Source: Escherichia coli (GTDB taxonomy: Bacteria > Pseudomonadota > Gammaproteobacteria > Enterobacterales > Enterobacteriaceae). Taken from it: a stretch of DNA of 64,000 bases. The notes below the pieces were generated by a model. The model was not told the DNA's origin. It searched no databases and worked only from the letters and a program-made list of their open reading frames with translations. Shown in pieces: positions 11,619 to 23,793 of the stretch; the first letter of the stretch is position 1, and the number at the start of each line of letters is the position of its first letter. The stretch lies in the NCBI RefSeq assembly GCF_051903065.1, contig NZ_CP178438.1; one strand, given 5' to 3'. The position numbers and the translations under genes are program-made.

Positions 11619-13400
11619 ATGGCAAAAATGAGAGCCGTTGACGCGGCAATGTATGTGCTGGAGAAAGAAGGTATCACCACCGCCTTCGGTGTTCCGGGAG
11701 CTGCAATCAATCCGTTCTACTCAGCGATGCGTAAGCACGGCGGTATTCGTCACATTCTGGCGCGTCATGTGGAAGGTGCTTCGCACATGGCGGAAGGTTA
11801 TACCCGCGCAACGGCAGGGAATATCGGCGTATGTCTGGGGACTTCCGGTCCTGCGGGCACGGACATGATCACCGCGCTCTATTCTGCTTCTGCTGATTCC
11901 ATTCCTATTCTGTGCATTACCGGCCAGGCTCCGCGCGCCCGTCTGCATAAAGAAGATTTTCAGGCTGTTGATATTGAAGCAATTGCTAAACCGGTCAGCA
12001 AAATGGCGGTTACAGTACGTGAAGCGGCGCTGGTGCCTCGCGTGCTGCAACAGGCATTTCACCTGATGCGTTCTGGTCGTCCGGGTCCGGTACTGGTGGA
12101 TTTACCGTTCGACGTTCAGGTTGCGGAAATCGAGTTTGATCCTGACATGTACGAACCGCTGCCGGTCTACAAACCTGCTGCCAGCCGTATGCAGATCGAA
12201 AAAGCTGTAGAAATGTTAATCCAGGCCGAACGTCCGGTGATTGTTGCCGGGGGCGGGGTAATCAATGCTGACGCAGCTGCACTGTTACAACAGTTTGCTG
12301 AACTGACCAGCGTTCCGGTGATCCCAACGCTGATGGGCTGGGGCTGTATCCCGGACGATCATGAACTGATGGCCGGGATGGTCGGTCTGCAAACCGCGCA
12401 TCGTTACGGTAACGCAACGTTGCTGGCGTCCGACATGGTGTTTGGTATCGGTAACCGTTTTGCTAACCGTCATACCGGTTCGGTAGAGAAATACACCGAA
12501 GGGCGCAAAATCGTTCATATCGATATTGAGCCGACGCAAATTGGCCGCGTGCTGTGTCCGGATCTCGGCATTGTCTCTGATGCTAAAGCGGCGCTGACAC
12601 TGCTGGTTGAAGTGGCGCAGGAGATGCAAAAAGCGGGTCGTCTGCCGTGTCGTAAAGAATGGGTCGCCGACTGCCAGCAGCGCAAACGCACTTTGCTGCG
12701 CAAAACCCATTTCGACAACGTGCCGGTGAAACCGCAGCGCGTGTATGAAGAGATGAACAAAGCCTTTGGTCGCGATGTTTGTTATGTCACCACCATTGGC
12801 CTGTCACAAATCGCTGCGGCACAAATGCTGCATGTCTTTAAAGACCGCCACTGGATCAACTGTGGTCAGGCTGGTCCGTTAGGCTGGACGATTCCGGCGG
12901 CGCTGGGGGTTTGTGCCGCTGATCCGAAACGCAATGTGGTGGCGATTTCCGGTGACTTCGACTTCCAGTTCCTGATTGAAGAGTTAGCCGTTGGCGCGCA
13001 GTTCAACATTCCGTACATCCATGTGCTGGTGAATAACGCCTATCTCGGCCTGATTCGTCAGTCACAACGCGCCTTTGACATGGACTACTGCGTGCAACTC
13101 GCTTTCGAGAATATCAACTCCAGCGAAGTGAACGGTTACGGCGTCGACCACGTAAAAGTAGCGGAAGGTTTAGGTTGTAAAGCTATTCGCGTCTTCAAAC
13201 CGGAAGATATTGCACCGGCCTTTGAACAGGCGAAAGCCTTAATGGCGCAATATCGGGTACCGGTAGTCGTGGAAGTTATTCTCGAGCGTGTGACCAATAT
13301 TTCGATGGGCAGCGAACTGGATAACGTCATGGAATTTGAAGATATCGCCGATAACGCAGCGGATGCACCGACTGAAACCTGCTTCATGCACTATGAATAA
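11619..13400 (+). CDS. gcl: Glyoxylate carboligase (TPP enzyme)
   Basis: Track ORF starts 11529; start at MAKMRAVD with SD GGAGG gives 593 aa. Confidence 0.9.
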
Positions 13401-13412
13401 GGGAGATAAATA

Positions 13413-14189
13413 ATGTTACGTTTCTCTGCTAATTTATCGATGTTATTTGGTGAATATGATTTTCTCGCCCGTTTTGAGAAAGCTGCGCAGTGTGGTTTTC
13501 GCGGCGTTGAATTTATGTTTCCTTATGACTACGACATTGAAGAATTAAAACAGGTGCTGGCGAGTAATAAACTCGAACATACGCTGCACAATTTACCGGC
13601 GGGTGACTGGGCGGCGGGGGAGCGCGGTATTGCCTGTATTCCTGGCCGTGAAGAAGAGTTTCGGGATGGCGTAGCAGCAGCGATTCGTTATGCTCGTGCG
13701 CTGGGTAATAAAAAAATTAACTGTCTGGTCGGTAAAACGCCGACTGGTTTCAGCAGTGAACAGATTCACGCAACGCTTGTAGAAAACCTGCGTTATGCCG
13801 CGAATATGCTGATGAAAGAAGATATTTTATTACTGATTGAACCTATTAACCATTTTGATATTCCTGGTTTCCATCTCACCGGAACTCGGCAGGCGCTGAA
13901 ATTGATTGATGATGTTGGTTGCTGCAATTTGAAAATTCAGTATGACATTTATCACATGCAGCGGATGGAAGGTGAATTAACCAACACCATGACTCAGTGG
14001 GCCGATAAAATTGGTCACCTGCAAATTGCCGATAATCCGCATCGCGGCGAACCGGGGACCGGAGAAATTAATTATGATTATCTCTTTAAGGTAATCGAAA
14101 ATTCTGACTACAACGGTTGGGTTGGTTGTGAATATAAACCCCAAACCACCACGGAAGCCGGTTTACGCTGGATGGATCCGTACCGTTAA
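13413..14189 (+). CDS. hyi: Hydroxypyruvate isomerase
   Basis: 258-aa ORF immediately downstream of gcl. Confidence 0.9.
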   Translation: MLRFSANLSMLFGEYDFLARFEKAAQCGFRGVEFMFPYDYDIEELKQVLASNKLEHTLHNLPAGDWAAGERGIACIPGREEEFRDGVAAAIRYARALGNKKINCLVGKTPTGFSSEQIHATLVENLRYAANMLMKEDILLLIEPINHFDIPGFHLTGTRQALKLIDDVGCCNLKIQYDIYHMQRMEGELTNTMTQWADKIGHLQIADNPHRGEPGTGEINYDYLFKVIENSDYNGWVGCEYKPQTTTEAGLRWMDPYR

Positions 14190-14288
14190 AACGTAACGCT
14201 GTTCAGGCAATGCTTTTTTAGGCCGCTAAGTTGGCAGGGGATCGTGTTGTCTGAATCCAGGAAAAGCGAAATTTAAAAGAGGTTAATT

Positions 14289-15167
14289 ATGAAACTGGGA
14301 TTTATTGGCTTAGGCATTATGGGTACACCGATGGCCATTAATCTGGCGCGTGCCGGTCATCAACTGCATGTCACAACCATTGGTCCGGTTGCTGATGAAT
14401 TACTGTCACTGGGTGCCGTCAGTGTTGAAACTGCGCACCAGGTAACGGAAGCATCGGACATCATTTTTATTATGGTGCCGGATACACCACAGGTTGAAGA
14501 AGTTCTGTTCGGTGAAAATGGTTGTACCAAAGCCTCGCTGAAGGGCAAAACCATTGTTGATATGAGCTCCATTTCCCCGATTGAAACTAAACGTTTCGCT
14601 CGTCAGGTGAATGAACTGGGCGGTGATTATCTCGATGCGCCAGTCTCCGGCGGAGAAATCGGCGCGCGTGAAGGGACGTTGTCAATTATGGTTGGCGGTG
14701 ACGAAGCGGTATTTGAACGTGTTAAACCGCTGTTTGAACTGCTCGGTAAAAATATCACCCTTGTGGGCGGTAACGGCGACGGTCAAACCTGCAAAGTGGC
14801 AAATCAGATTATCGTAGCGCTCAATATTGAAGCGGTCTCTGAAGCTCTGCTGTTTGCTTCAAAAGCCGGTGCAGACCCGGTACGTGTGCGCCAGGCGCTG
14901 ATGGGCGGCTTTGCTTCCTCACGTATTCTGGAAGTTCACGGTGAGCGCATGATTAAACGCACCTTTAATCCAGGTTTCAAAATTGCGCTGCACCAGAAAG
15001 ATCTCAACCTGGCACTGCAAAGTGCGAAGACACTGGCGCTGAACCTGCCAAACACCGCGACCTGCCAGGAGTTATTTAATACCTGTGCGGCAAACGGTGG
15101 CAGCCAGTTGGATCACTCTGCGTTAGTGCAGGCGCTGGAATTAATGGCGAATCATAAACTGGCCTGA
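14289..15167 (+). CDS. glxR: Tartronate semialdehyde reductase
   Basis: 292-aa ORF; N-terminal NAD-binding GxGxxG (GLGIMG). Confidence 0.9.
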   Translation: MKLGFIGLGIMGTPMAINLARAGHQLHVTTIGPVADELLSLGAVSVETAHQVTEASDIIFIMVPDTPQVEEVLFGENGCTKASLKGKTIVDMSSISPIETKRFARQVNELGGDYLDAPVSGGEIGAREGTLSIMVGGDEAVFERVKPLFELLGKNITLVGGNGDGQTCKVANQIIVALNIEAVSEALLFASKAGADPVRVRQALMGGFASSRILEVHGERMIKRTFNPGFKIALHQKDLNLALQSAKTLALNLPNTATCQELFNTCAANGGSQLDHSALVQALELMANHKLA

Positions 15168-15335
15168 TACCCGCAATAAAAATGGCCGATATCAGAATAT
15201 GAATCGGCCAGCAATATTAAAAAAGAAAGCAGCCAAAGATGTTGCTTCAGTATTAAAAATAATATTTTTATTTTATTTGTTCCTCATAGCTAGATTAAAA
15301 CAACGTTATTCGATACGTGAAATTAAGAGGGATTT

Positions 15336-16790
15336 ATGGAACATCAGAGAAAACTATTCCAGCAACGCGGCTATAGCGAAGATCTATTGCCGAAAACGCA
15401 AAGCCAGCGGACCTGGAAAACATTTAACTATTTTACCTTATGGATGGGTTCGGTTCATAACGTTCCCAATTATGTGATGGTCGGCGGCTTTTTTATTCTC
15501 GGCTTGTCTACCTTTAGTATTATGCTGGCAATTATCCTCAGCGCCTTTTTCATTGCCGCGGTAATGGTATTAAACGGTGCTGCGGGCAGTAAATACGGCG
15601 TACCGTTTGCCATGATCCTGCGTGCTTCTTACGGCGTACGTGGCGCACTGTTTCCCGGATTATTAAGAGGCGGTATTGCTGCCATTATGTGGTTTGGCCT
15701 GCAATGTTACGCAGGGTCACAGGCCTGCTTGATTCTGATTGGCAAAATCTGGCCGGGATTTTTGACTCTCGGTGGTGATTTCACTCTGTTAGGCCTTTCT
15801 CTACCGGGCTTAATTACTTTCTTACTCTTCTGGCTGGTCAACGTTGGTATAGGTTTTGGCGGTGGCAAAGTTTTAAATAAATTCACTGCCATTCTTAACC
15901 CGTGCATCTATATCGTTTTCGGCGGTATGGCGATTTGGGCGATTTCGCTGGTCGGGCTCGGTCCAATCTTTGACTACATTCCGAGCGGTATTCAGAAAGC
16001 AGAAAACAGTGGATTCTTGTTCCTGGTGGTGATTAACGCGGTAGTTGCGGTCTGGGCGGCACCGGCGGTGAGCGCATCCGACTTTACGCAAAACGCCCAC
16101 TCGTTTCGTGAGCAAGCGCTGGGGCAAACGCTGGGTTTAGTTGTGGCCTATATTCTGTTTGCGGTCGCGGGGGTATGTATTATTGCCGGAGCCAGTATTC
16201 ATTACGGCGCTGATACCTGGAACGTGCTGGATATTGTTCAGCGTTGGGACAGCCTGTTTGCCTCGTTCTTTGCGGTACTGGTTATTCTGATGACGACCAT
16301 TTCCACTAACGCCACTGGTAATATTATTCCGGCTGGTTATCAGATTGCTGCCATTGCACCGACAAAACTGACCTATAAAAACGGCGTACTGATTGCCAGT
16401 ATTATCAGCCTGCTGATCTGCCCGTGGAAATTAATGGAAAATCAGGACAGTATTTATCTGTTCCTCGATATTATCGGCGGAATGCTTGGTCCGGTAATTG
16501 GTGTCATGATGGCGCATTATTTTGTGGTGATGCGTGGGCAAATTAATCTTGATGAACTGTACACCGCACCTGGCGATTATAAATATTACGATAACGGTTT
16601 TAACCTCACCGCGTTTTCAGTAACTCTGGTGGCCGTTATTTTATCTCTTGGCGGTAAGTTTATTCCCTTTATGGAACCGTTATCGCGTGTCTCATGGTTT
16701 GTCGGCGTCATCGTCGCCTTTGCGGCCTACGCCTTATTAAAGAAACGTACAACAGCAGAAAAAACAGGAGAGCAAAAAACCATAGGTTAA
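15336..16790 (+). CDS. ybbW: Allantoin permease (NCS1 family)
   Basis: 484-aa polytopic membrane ORF at the conserved position. Confidence 0.85.
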   Translation: MEHQRKLFQQRGYSEDLLPKTQSQRTWKTFNYFTLWMGSVHNVPNYVMVGGFFILGLSTFSIMLAIILSAFFIAAVMVLNGAAGSKYGVPFAMILRASYGVRGALFPGLLRGGIAAIMWFGLQCYAGSQACLILIGKIWPGFLTLGGDFTLLGLSLPGLITFLLFWLVNVGIGFGGGKVLNKFTAILNPCIYIVFGGMAIWAISLVGLGPIFDYIPSGIQKAENSGFLFLVVINAVVAVWAAPAVSASDFTQNAHSFREQALGQTLGLVVAYILFAVAGVCIIAGASIHYGADTWNVLDIVQRWDSLFASFFAVLVILMTTISTNATGNIIPAGYQIAAIAPTKLTYKNGVLIASIISLLICPWKLMENQDSIYLFLDIIGGMLGPVIGVMMAHYFVVMRGQINLDELYTAPGDYKYYDNGFNLTAFSVTLVAVILSLGGKFIPFMEPLSRVSWFVGVIVAFAAYALLKKRTTAEKTGEQKTIG

Positions 16791-16849
16791 TTAATCCCGA
16801 TATTGAACATTGAGTTAAAAAACAATCTGTATTTTACAAGGAGTTTGTT

Positions 16850-18211
16850 ATGTCTTTTGATTTAATCATTAAAAACGGCACCGTTATTTTAGAAAACGAA
16901 GCTCGCGTTGTAGATATCGCCGTTAAAGGCGGGAAAATTGCTGCTATCGGTCAGGATCTGGGCGATGCAAAAGAAGTGATGGATGCGTCTGGTCTGGTGG
17001 TTTCGCCGGGCATGGTTGATGCGCACACCCATATTTCTGAACCGGGTCGTAGCCACTGGGAAGGTTATGAAACCGGTACTCGCGCAGCGGCAAAAGGTGG
17101 TATCACCACCATGATCGAAATGCCGCTCAACCAGCTGCCTGCAACGGTTGACCGCGCTTCAATTGAACTGAAGTTCGATGCCGCTAAAGGCAAGCTGACT
17201 ATCGATGCGGCACAACTCGGTGGCCTGGTGTCTTACAACATCGACCGTCTACATGAGCTGGATGAAGTAGGCGTTGTCGGTTTCAAATGCTTCGTCGCAA
17301 CCTGTGGTGACCGTGGTATCGACAACGACTTCCGTGACGTCAATGACTGGCAGTTCTTCAAAGGCGCGCAGAAGCTGGGCGAACTGGGTCAGCCGGTGCT
17401 GGTGCACTGCGAAAACGCGCTGATCTGTGACGAACTGGGCGAAGAAGCGAAGCGTGAAGGTCGCGTAACTGCCCATGACTATGTGGCTTCGCGTCCGGTA
17501 TTTACCGAAGTGGAAGCGATTCGCCGCGTACTGTATCTGGCGAAAGTCGCTGGTTGCCGTCTGCACGTTTGCCACATCAGCAGCCCGGAAGGCGTTGAGG
17601 AAGTGACTCGTGCGCGTCAGGAAGGCCAGGACGTTACCTGTGAATCCTGCCCGCATTACTTTGTGCTGGATACCGATCAGTTCGAAGAAATCGGTACTCT
17701 GGCGAAGTGTTCACCGCCGATCCGCGATCTGGAAAACCAGAAAGGCATGTGGGAAAAACTGTTTAACGGTGAAATCGACTGCCTGGTTTCCGACCACTCT
17801 CCATGCCCGCCGGAAATGAAAGCGGGCAACATCATGAAAGCGTGGGGCGGTATCGCCGGTCTGCAAAGCTGCATGGACGTGATGTTCGATGAAGCGGTAC
17901 AGAAACGCGGTATGTCTCTGCCGATGTTCGGCAAATTAATGGCCACCAATGCGGCGGATATTTTTGGTCTGAAACAAAAAGGCCGTATCGCCCCAGGAAA
18001 AGATGCCGACTTTGTCTTCATTCAGCCGAATAGCAGCTATGTTCTTACCAATGACGATCTGGAATATCGCCACAAAGTCAGCCCGTATGTTGGCCGTACC
18101 ATTGGCGCGCGTATCACAAAAACCATCTTACGTGGTGATGTGATTTACGACATCGAACAGGGCTTCCCTGTTGCGCCAAAAGGTCAATTTATCCTTAAAC
18201 ATCAGCAGTAA
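16850..18211 (+). CDS. allB: Allantoinase (cyclic amidohydrolase)
   Basis: 453-aa ORF with metal-binding DAHTH motif. Confidence 0.9.
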   Translation: MSFDLIIKNGTVILENEARVVDIAVKGGKIAAIGQDLGDAKEVMDASGLVVSPGMVDAHTHISEPGRSHWEGYETGTRAAAKGGITTMIEMPLNQLPATVDRASIELKFDAAKGKLTIDAAQLGGLVSYNIDRLHELDEVGVVGFKCFVATCGDRGIDNDFRDVNDWQFFKGAQKLGELGQPVLVHCENALICDELGEEAKREGRVTAHDYVASRPVFTEVEAIRRVLYLAKVAGCRLHVCHISSPEGVEEVTRARQEGQDVTCESCPHYFVLDTDQFEEIGTLAKCSPPIRDLENQKGMWEKLFNGEIDCLVSDHSPCPPEMKAGNIMKAWGGIAGLQSCMDVMFDEAVQKRGMSLPMFGKLMATNAADIFGLKQKGRIAPGKDADFVFIQPNSSYVLTNDDLEYRHKVSPYVGRTIGARITKTILRGDVIYDIEQGFPVAPKGQFILKHQQ

Positions 18212-18261
18212 TCTGGCCCCTGCAATGCCCGTCCTTGCGGCGGGCATTCTCCGGTTAAGGT

Positions 18262-19569
18262 GTGTTTATGTTCAATTTTGCAGTGAGCCGCGAAAGCCTG
18301 TTATCAGGATTTCAGTGGTTTTTCTTTATTTTTTGCAACACGGTTGTGGTTCCTCCTACGCTACTTTCTGCTTTTCAGTTGCCGCAAAGTAGCCTGCTTA
18401 CACTCACGCAATATGCTTTTCTTGCTACCGCGCTGGCCTGCTTCGCTCAGGCGTTCTGCGGTCATCGTCGCGCTATTATGGAAGGGCCGGGTGGCCTGTG
18501 GTGGGGAACCATCCTTACTATCACCCTTGGCGAAGCATCGCGCGGGACACCGATCAACGATATCGCCACCAGCCTGGCGGTGGGGATTGCGCTCTCTGGC
18601 GTGCTGACGATGTTGATTGGTTTTAGCGGATTAGGTCATCGCCTGGCACGGTTATTTACGCCGTCGGTGATGGTCTTGTTTATGTTGATGCTGGGCGCGC
18701 AGCTGACCACTATCTTTTTCAAAGGTATGCTCGGGCTGCCGTTTGGCATAGCCGACCCGAATTTTAAAATTCAGTTACCGCCGTTCGCGCTCTCGGTGGC
18801 GGTGATGTGCCTGGTACTGGCGATGATTATCTTCCTGCCGCAACGTTTTGCCCGTTACGGCCTGCTGGTCGGCACGATAACAGGCTGGTTGTTGTGGTAC
18901 TTTTGCTTTCCTTCTTCGCATTCGCTCTCCGGTGAGTTGCACTGGCAGTGGTTCCCGCTAGGCAGCAGCGGTACGTTGTCGCCCGGAATTATTCTGACGG
19001 CGGTGATTACCGGTCTGGTAAATATCAGCAATACCTACGGTGCGATTCGGGGCACGGATGTTTTTTATCCGCAGCAGGGCGCGGGGAATACGCGTTATCG
19101 TCGTAGCTTTGTGGCGACCGGATTTATGACACTGATAACCGTGCCGCTGGCAGTAATTCCATTTTCACCGTTTGTTTCATCCATTGGTTTATTAACCCAG
19201 ACTGGCGATTACACGCGGCGTTCGTTTATTTATGGCAGCGTTATTTGCCTGCTGGTGGCGCTGGTTCCGGCACTCACGCGACTGTTTTGCAGTATCCCTT
19301 TACCCGTGAGTAGTGCGGTCATGCTGGTTTCTTATCTGCCTTTACTCTTTTCCGCGCTGGTGTTTAGCCAGCAAATAACGTTTACCGCTCGCAATATTTA
19401 TCGACTCGCATTGCCGTTATTTGTCGGCATATTTTTAATGGCATTACCGCCTGTGTATCTGCAAGACCTTCCATTAACGCTTCGTCCTCTGCTCAGTAAC
19501 GGCTTATTGGTCGGGATTTTACTGGCTGTTCTTATGGATAACCTTATTCCGTGGGAACGCATCGAATAA
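18262..19569 (+). CDS. ybbY: Putative purine/uracil-type permease YbbY
   Basis: 435-aa polytopic membrane ORF; true start may be a few codons in. Confidence 0.8.
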   Translation: MFMFNFAVSRESLLSGFQWFFFIFCNTVVVPPTLLSAFQLPQSSLLTLTQYAFLATALACFAQAFCGHRRAIMEGPGGLWWGTILTITLGEASRGTPINDIATSLAVGIALSGVLTMLIGFSGLGHRLARLFTPSVMVLFMLMLGAQLTTIFFKGMLGLPFGIADPNFKIQLPPFALSVAVMCLVLAMIIFLPQRFARYGLLVGTITGWLLWYFCFPSSHSLSGELHWQWFPLGSSGTLSPGIILTAVITGLVNISNTYGAIRGTDVFYPQQGAGNTRYRRSFVATGFMTLITVPLAVIPFSPFVSSIGLLTQTGDYTRRSFIYGSVICLLVALVPALTRLFCSIPLPVSSAVMLVSYLPLLFSALVFSQQITFTARNIYRLALPLFVGIFLMALPPVYLQDLPLTLRPLLSNGLLVGILLAVLMDNLIPWERIE

Positions 19570-19590
19570 TTTGTTGAAAAAGGATTGATA

Positions 19591-20736
19591 ATGAAGATTG
19601 TCATTGCGCCAGACTCTTTTAAAGAGAGCTTAAGTGCAGAAAAATGTTGTCAGGCAATTAAAGCCGGGTTTTCGACCCTCTTTCCCGATGCGAACTATAT
19701 CTGTTTGCCGATAGCGGATGGCGGCGAAGGGACGGTGGATGCGATGGTCGCCGCGACGGGCGGCAACATCGTGACGCTTGAAGTCTGCGGGCCGATGGGC
19801 GAAAAAGTGAATGCTTTTTATGGCCTTACCGGCGACGGGAAAACGGCGGTGATTGAGATGGCGGCAGCAAGTGGCCTGATGCTGGTCGCGCCTGAAAAGC
19901 GTAATCCGTTGCTGGCCTCCAGTTTTGGTACGGGGGAGTTAATTCGTCATGCGCTGGATAACGGCATTCGCCATATTATTCTCGGCATTGGCGGCAGTGC
20001 GACGGTCGACGGCGGTATGGGCATGGCGCAGGCGCTCGGTGTGCGTTTCCTTGATGCCGACGGTCAGGTGCTGGTGGCTAACGGCGGCAATTTAGCGCGC
20101 GTGGCAAGCATTGAGATGGATGAATGCGATCCGCGTCTGGCGAACTGCCATATTGAAGTAGCATGTGACGTTGATAACCCGCTGGTAGGGGCACGCGGCG
20201 CGGCGGCGGTGTTTGGCCCGCAAAAAGGGGCAACGCCGGAAATGGTCGAAGAGCTGGAACAGGGGCTGCAAAATTACGCCCGTGTTTTACAACAGCAAAC
20301 TGAAATCAACGTCTGCCAGATGGCGGGCGGCGGCGCTGCAGGCGGTATGGGTATTGCGGCGGCGGTATTTCTCAATGCGGATATTAAACCGGGTATTGAG
20401 ATTGTGTTGAATGCGGTCAATCTTGCGCAGGCAGTGCAGGGCGCAGCACTGGTGATCACCGGGGAAGGGCGCATCGACTCGCAAACGGCAGGCGGTAAAG
20501 CGCCGTTGGGCGTTGCGTCGGTGGCGAAGCAGTTTAATGTACCGGTGATTGGGATTGCTGGCGTATTGGGTGATGGCGTGGAAGTGGTGCACCAGTACGG
20601 CATTGACGCGGTATTCAGCATTTTGCCACGTCTGGCACCTTTAGCCGAAGTGCTCGCCAGCGGTGAAACCAATCTCTTCAACAGCGCGCGAAATATTGCT
20701 TGCGCCATTAAAATAGGTCAGGGAATTAAAAACTGA
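19591..20736 (+). CDS. glxK: Glycerate kinase II
   Basis: Start at [11 protein letters not shown] gives 381 aa; glycerate kinase fold. Confidence 0.9.
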   Translation: MKIVIAPDSFKESLSAEKCCQAIKAGFSTLFPDANYICLPIADGGEGTVDAMVAATGGNIVTLEVCGPMGEKVNAFYGLTGDGKTAVIEMAAASGLMLVAPEKRNPLLASSFGTGELIRHALDNGIRHIILGIGGSATVDGGMGMAQALGVRFLDADGQVLVANGGNLARVASIEMDECDPRLANCHIEVACDVDNPLVGARGAAAVFGPQKGATPEMVEELEQGLQNYARVLQQQTEINVCQMAGGGAAGGMGIAAAVFLNADIKPGIEIVLNAVNLAQAVQGAALVITGEGRIDSQTAGGKAPLGVASVAKQFNVPVIGIAGVLGDGVEVVHQYGIDAVFSILPRLAPLAEVLASGETNLFNSARNIACAIKIGQGIKN

Positions 20737-20904
20737 CTCTTGCCTTTAAAGCGGATGCTATTTATTTCGTATAAGTGCGCAGTGCTCATGCCGGATGCTG
20801 CATGAGCACTATATCCTTCCTGAAAATCGCGCAAATTCTATATATTGCAGAGATCATGTAGGCCTGATAAGCGAAGCGCATCAGGCAATGTTACAAAAAA
20901 AGCC

Positions 20905-20935
20905 ACGGTATAAACCGTGGCAAAATCCAACATAG
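20905..20935 (-). terminator. Rho-independent terminator downstream of allE
   Basis: On the minus strand GCCACGG-TTTATA-CCGTGGC followed by TTTTTTT. Confidence 0.6.
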
Positions 20936-21408
20936 CTAAAAATAATCAGGCGAGTGGTATGACTTAAATCTCTACGTCGCGGTTGCAATCTTTCGAGTAA
21001 ATATAGCTGAACGCTTCACCACGCCCTACGCCATAACCAGCCTGTAAAGAATAAGCGCCCATAAAGATGTAATCGCCTTTTTTCACCGGGATCCAGTTAT
21101 TGTCGAGGTTATAAACCCCCTGACCGGAAAGAATATAGGCACCGTGTTCCTGAACGTGTGTTTCGATATAACCATGGCTGGCACCTGGTGCAAAAGAGAG
21201 GATATGCATGTTCATATCAAAACCTAACTCTTTGGGCAGAAAATCCAGCAGGATCACATCATCCATACCTTCATAGTGAATGCGTTCCAGTTCGCTGGCA
21301 TTGCCAGAAACCAGCCACGGTGCATGGCCTTCTACCAGAACATAGCGGCGCTTGGTGATGCTGCCAACTTACTGATTTAGTGTATGATGGTGTTTTTGAG
21401 GTGCTCCA

Positions 21409-21684
21409 GTGGCTTCTGTTTCTATCAGCTGTCCCTCCTGTTCAGCTACTGACGGGGTGGTGCGTAACGGCAAAAGCACCGCCGGACATCAGCGCTATCT
21501 CTGCTCTCACTGCCGTAAAACATGGCAACTGCAGTTCACTTACACCGCTTCTCAACCCGGTACGCACCAGAAAATCATTGATATGGCCATGAATGGCGTT
21601 GGATGCCGGGCAACAGCCCGCATTATGGGCGTTGGCCTCAACACGATTTTACGTCACTTAAAAAACTCAGGCCGCAGTCGGTAA
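21409..21684 (+). CDS. insA: IS1 InsA
   Basis: 91-aa ORF with zinc-finger [14 protein letters not shown]...CSHC. Confidence 0.95.
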
Positions 21685-22106
21685 CCTCGCGCATACAGCC
21701 GGGCAGTGACGTCATCGTCTGCGCGGAAATGGACGAACAGTGGGGCTATGTCGGGGCTAAATCGCGCCAGCGCTGGCTGTTTTACGCGTATGACAGGCTC
21801 CGGAAGACGGTTGTTGCGCACGTATTCGGTGAACGCACTATGGCGACGCTGGGGCGTCTTATGAGCCTGCTGTCACCCTTTGACGTGGTGATATGGATGA
21901 CGGATGGCTGGCCGCTGTATGAATCCCGCCTGAAGGGAAAGCTGCACGTAATCAGCAAGCGATATACGCAGCGAATTGAGCGGCATAACCTGAATCTGAG
22001 GCAGCACCTGGCACGGCTGGGACGGAAGTCGCTGTCGTTCTCAAAATCGGTGGAGCTGCATGACAAAGTCATCGGGCATTATCTGAACATAAAACACTAT
22101 CAATAA
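21603..22106 (+). CDS. insB: IS1 InsB' (transposase made as InsAB' by -1 frameshift)
   Basis: 167-aa ORF overlapping insA in the -1 frame. Confidence 0.9.
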
Positions 22107-22536
22107 GTTGGAGTCATTACCGCGGCGCTTATATAAAAAGATTTGGCTGTCTTCGGCCTGGGCGTTAACAAACGTCATTAAGGAGCCTGGCGGGCAATAA
22201 AGATAGCCACCTTCGCTTAAGGCAAATGTTTTGCCTTCGGCTTTGGCAGTGATATTTCCAGAGATCACATACAGGAACGTTTCAATGCCTTCGCCACCGA
22301 AGCCCTGTTGGTTGCCACCGTTTTGATGCAGTGTGACCAGATAATCAACAAAAGAGGCACCCAGCTTTGGCGTGGAGAGGATTGTCGCGTCACAATTTTC
22401 AAAGCCCGGAATAATATTTTTTACCAGACCGTCTGGTGTTAACAGTGCGAAATTACCGTGTTTCACAATCGCACGGTTAGCCAGTAAATCATCGCGGTAA
22501 CCGGTGACGTTATTTAAATATCCCATTTATGACTCC

Positions 22537-23772
22537 TTATTTCTGCCAGGCAAGTTGATAAAGCATGAGTGCCAACGTTTTGACCCCTTCGGCAAGGTCG
22601 GTAATATTGGTGCGTTCCGCCGGGTTATGGCTGATCCCGTTGATGCTGGGGATAAAAATCATGCAGGTTGGTACGCGAGGCGCGAAAATTTGCGCGTCGT
22701 GCCCGGCACCACTGTGCATCACCCGGTAATTCAGTTTTTCACTTTCACACAATTCTGTCAGGGTGGCGACCAGGTCCTTATTCATCGGCACGGGTTCTTC
22801 GTCCATCCATAAATCGATATCAATACCAATGTCCATTTCATCGCAAATCGCCCGCATGTCGTTTTCTAACTGTTGGGTGAAATCACGCAGCACGGCGGCG
22901 TCGGTATGACGACAATCAATGGTGAATGTGGTTTTACCCGGCACCACATTCACCGTATTCGGGCGCGGCTCTACTTTCCCAAAGGTCAGAACCAGCGGAT
23001 CGCCCATCTTTTTCGCTTTTTCGATCGACTGATGGCAAATGCGACTGAAAGCGTAAACCGTATCACGACGATAACCCATCGGCGTGGTGCCTGCATGGTT
23101 TGATTCGCCGTTCAGCGTCACCGTATAGCGACGTTGCCCGACAATTGCATTCACCACGCCAATTGATTGCCCATTACTTTCCAGCACACAGCCCTGTTCG
23201 ATATGCAGTTCGACAAAGGCTTTAATATCCTGACGCGGAGTTAGCGGGGCGTCCGGCAGAGTAAATCCGCAAGCCTTCATCGCATCGACAAAACTATTTC
23301 CTTTGGCATCACAGATATTCCGCACGTCGTCAGGATTCGCCAGCCCAAAGATATTTTTGCTGCCCCAGAAAACATACGGGAAGCGGCTGCCTTCTTCTTC
23401 CGCCATCGCCACCACTTCAACCGTACGTAACGGCGCGCCGTATTGCGTTTTCAACCAGTCAATTGCCAGCCACGCCGCCAGCGCGCCGAATTGCCCGTCG
23501 AGGTTACCGCCGTTAACCACGGTATCGATATGCGAACCGCTCAGAACCACTTCCTGTGGATATTCGGTGCCACTCAGGCGACCGTATAAATTCCCCACTT
23601 CATCGAAACGTGTTTCCAGCCCACTTGCGGCCATTCTTTTTTTAAATTGCTGCTGGGTTTCCAGCCATTCCGGCGAATAAAGTAAACGGGTCATCCCACC
23701 CGTTGGGTCTGCGCCAAAAGAGGAAAGCCAGGGCAGCGTTTCTTCTATGGCTTGACGAAAATGTGTAATCAT
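22537..23772 (-). CDS. allC: Allantoate amidohydrolase (M20 peptidase family)
   Basis: Track ORF to 23790; start at MITHFRQ gives 411 aa. Confidence 0.9.
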   Translation of the reverse strand: MITHFRQAIEETLPWLSSFGADPTGGMTRLLYSPEWLETQQQFKKRMAASGLETRFDEVGNLYGRLSGTEYPQEVVLSGSHIDTVVNGGNLDGQFGALAAWLAIDWLKTQYGAPLRTVEVVAMAEEEGSRFPYVFWGSKNIFGLANPDDVRNICDAKGNSFVDAMKACGFTLPDAPLTPRQDIKAFVELHIEQGCVLESNGQSIGVVNAIVGQRRYTVTLNGESNHAGTTPMGYRRDTVYAFSRICHQSIEKAKKMGDPLVLTFGKVEPRPNTVNVVPGKTTFTIDCRHTDAAVLRDFTQQLENDMRAICDEMDIGIDIDLWMDEEPVPMNKDLVATLTELCESEKLNYRVMHSGAGHDAQIFAPRVPTCMIFIPSINGISHNPAERTNITDLAEGVKTLALMLYQLAWQK

Positions 23773-23793
23773 AAGAAAGTCCTGTCTCAATAA

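Larger units (their letters stand above)
21354..22121 (+). mobile_element. IS1 insertion sequence (768 bp) with 9-bp target duplication GCGGCGCTT
   Basis: Ends GGTGATGCTGCCAACTTACTGAT ... AAGTTGGAGTCATTACC; insA and insB' ORFs; identical 9-mer on both flanks. Confidence 0.95.
20964..22526 (-). pseudogene. allE: allE/ylbA (ureidoglycine aminohydrolase, cupin) interrupted by IS1
   Basis: N-terminal 135 codons at 22122-22526 and C-terminal part at 20964-21353 are in one frame once the 768-bp IS1 and one copy of the 9-bp duplication are removed (261 aa total). Confidence 0.9.
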
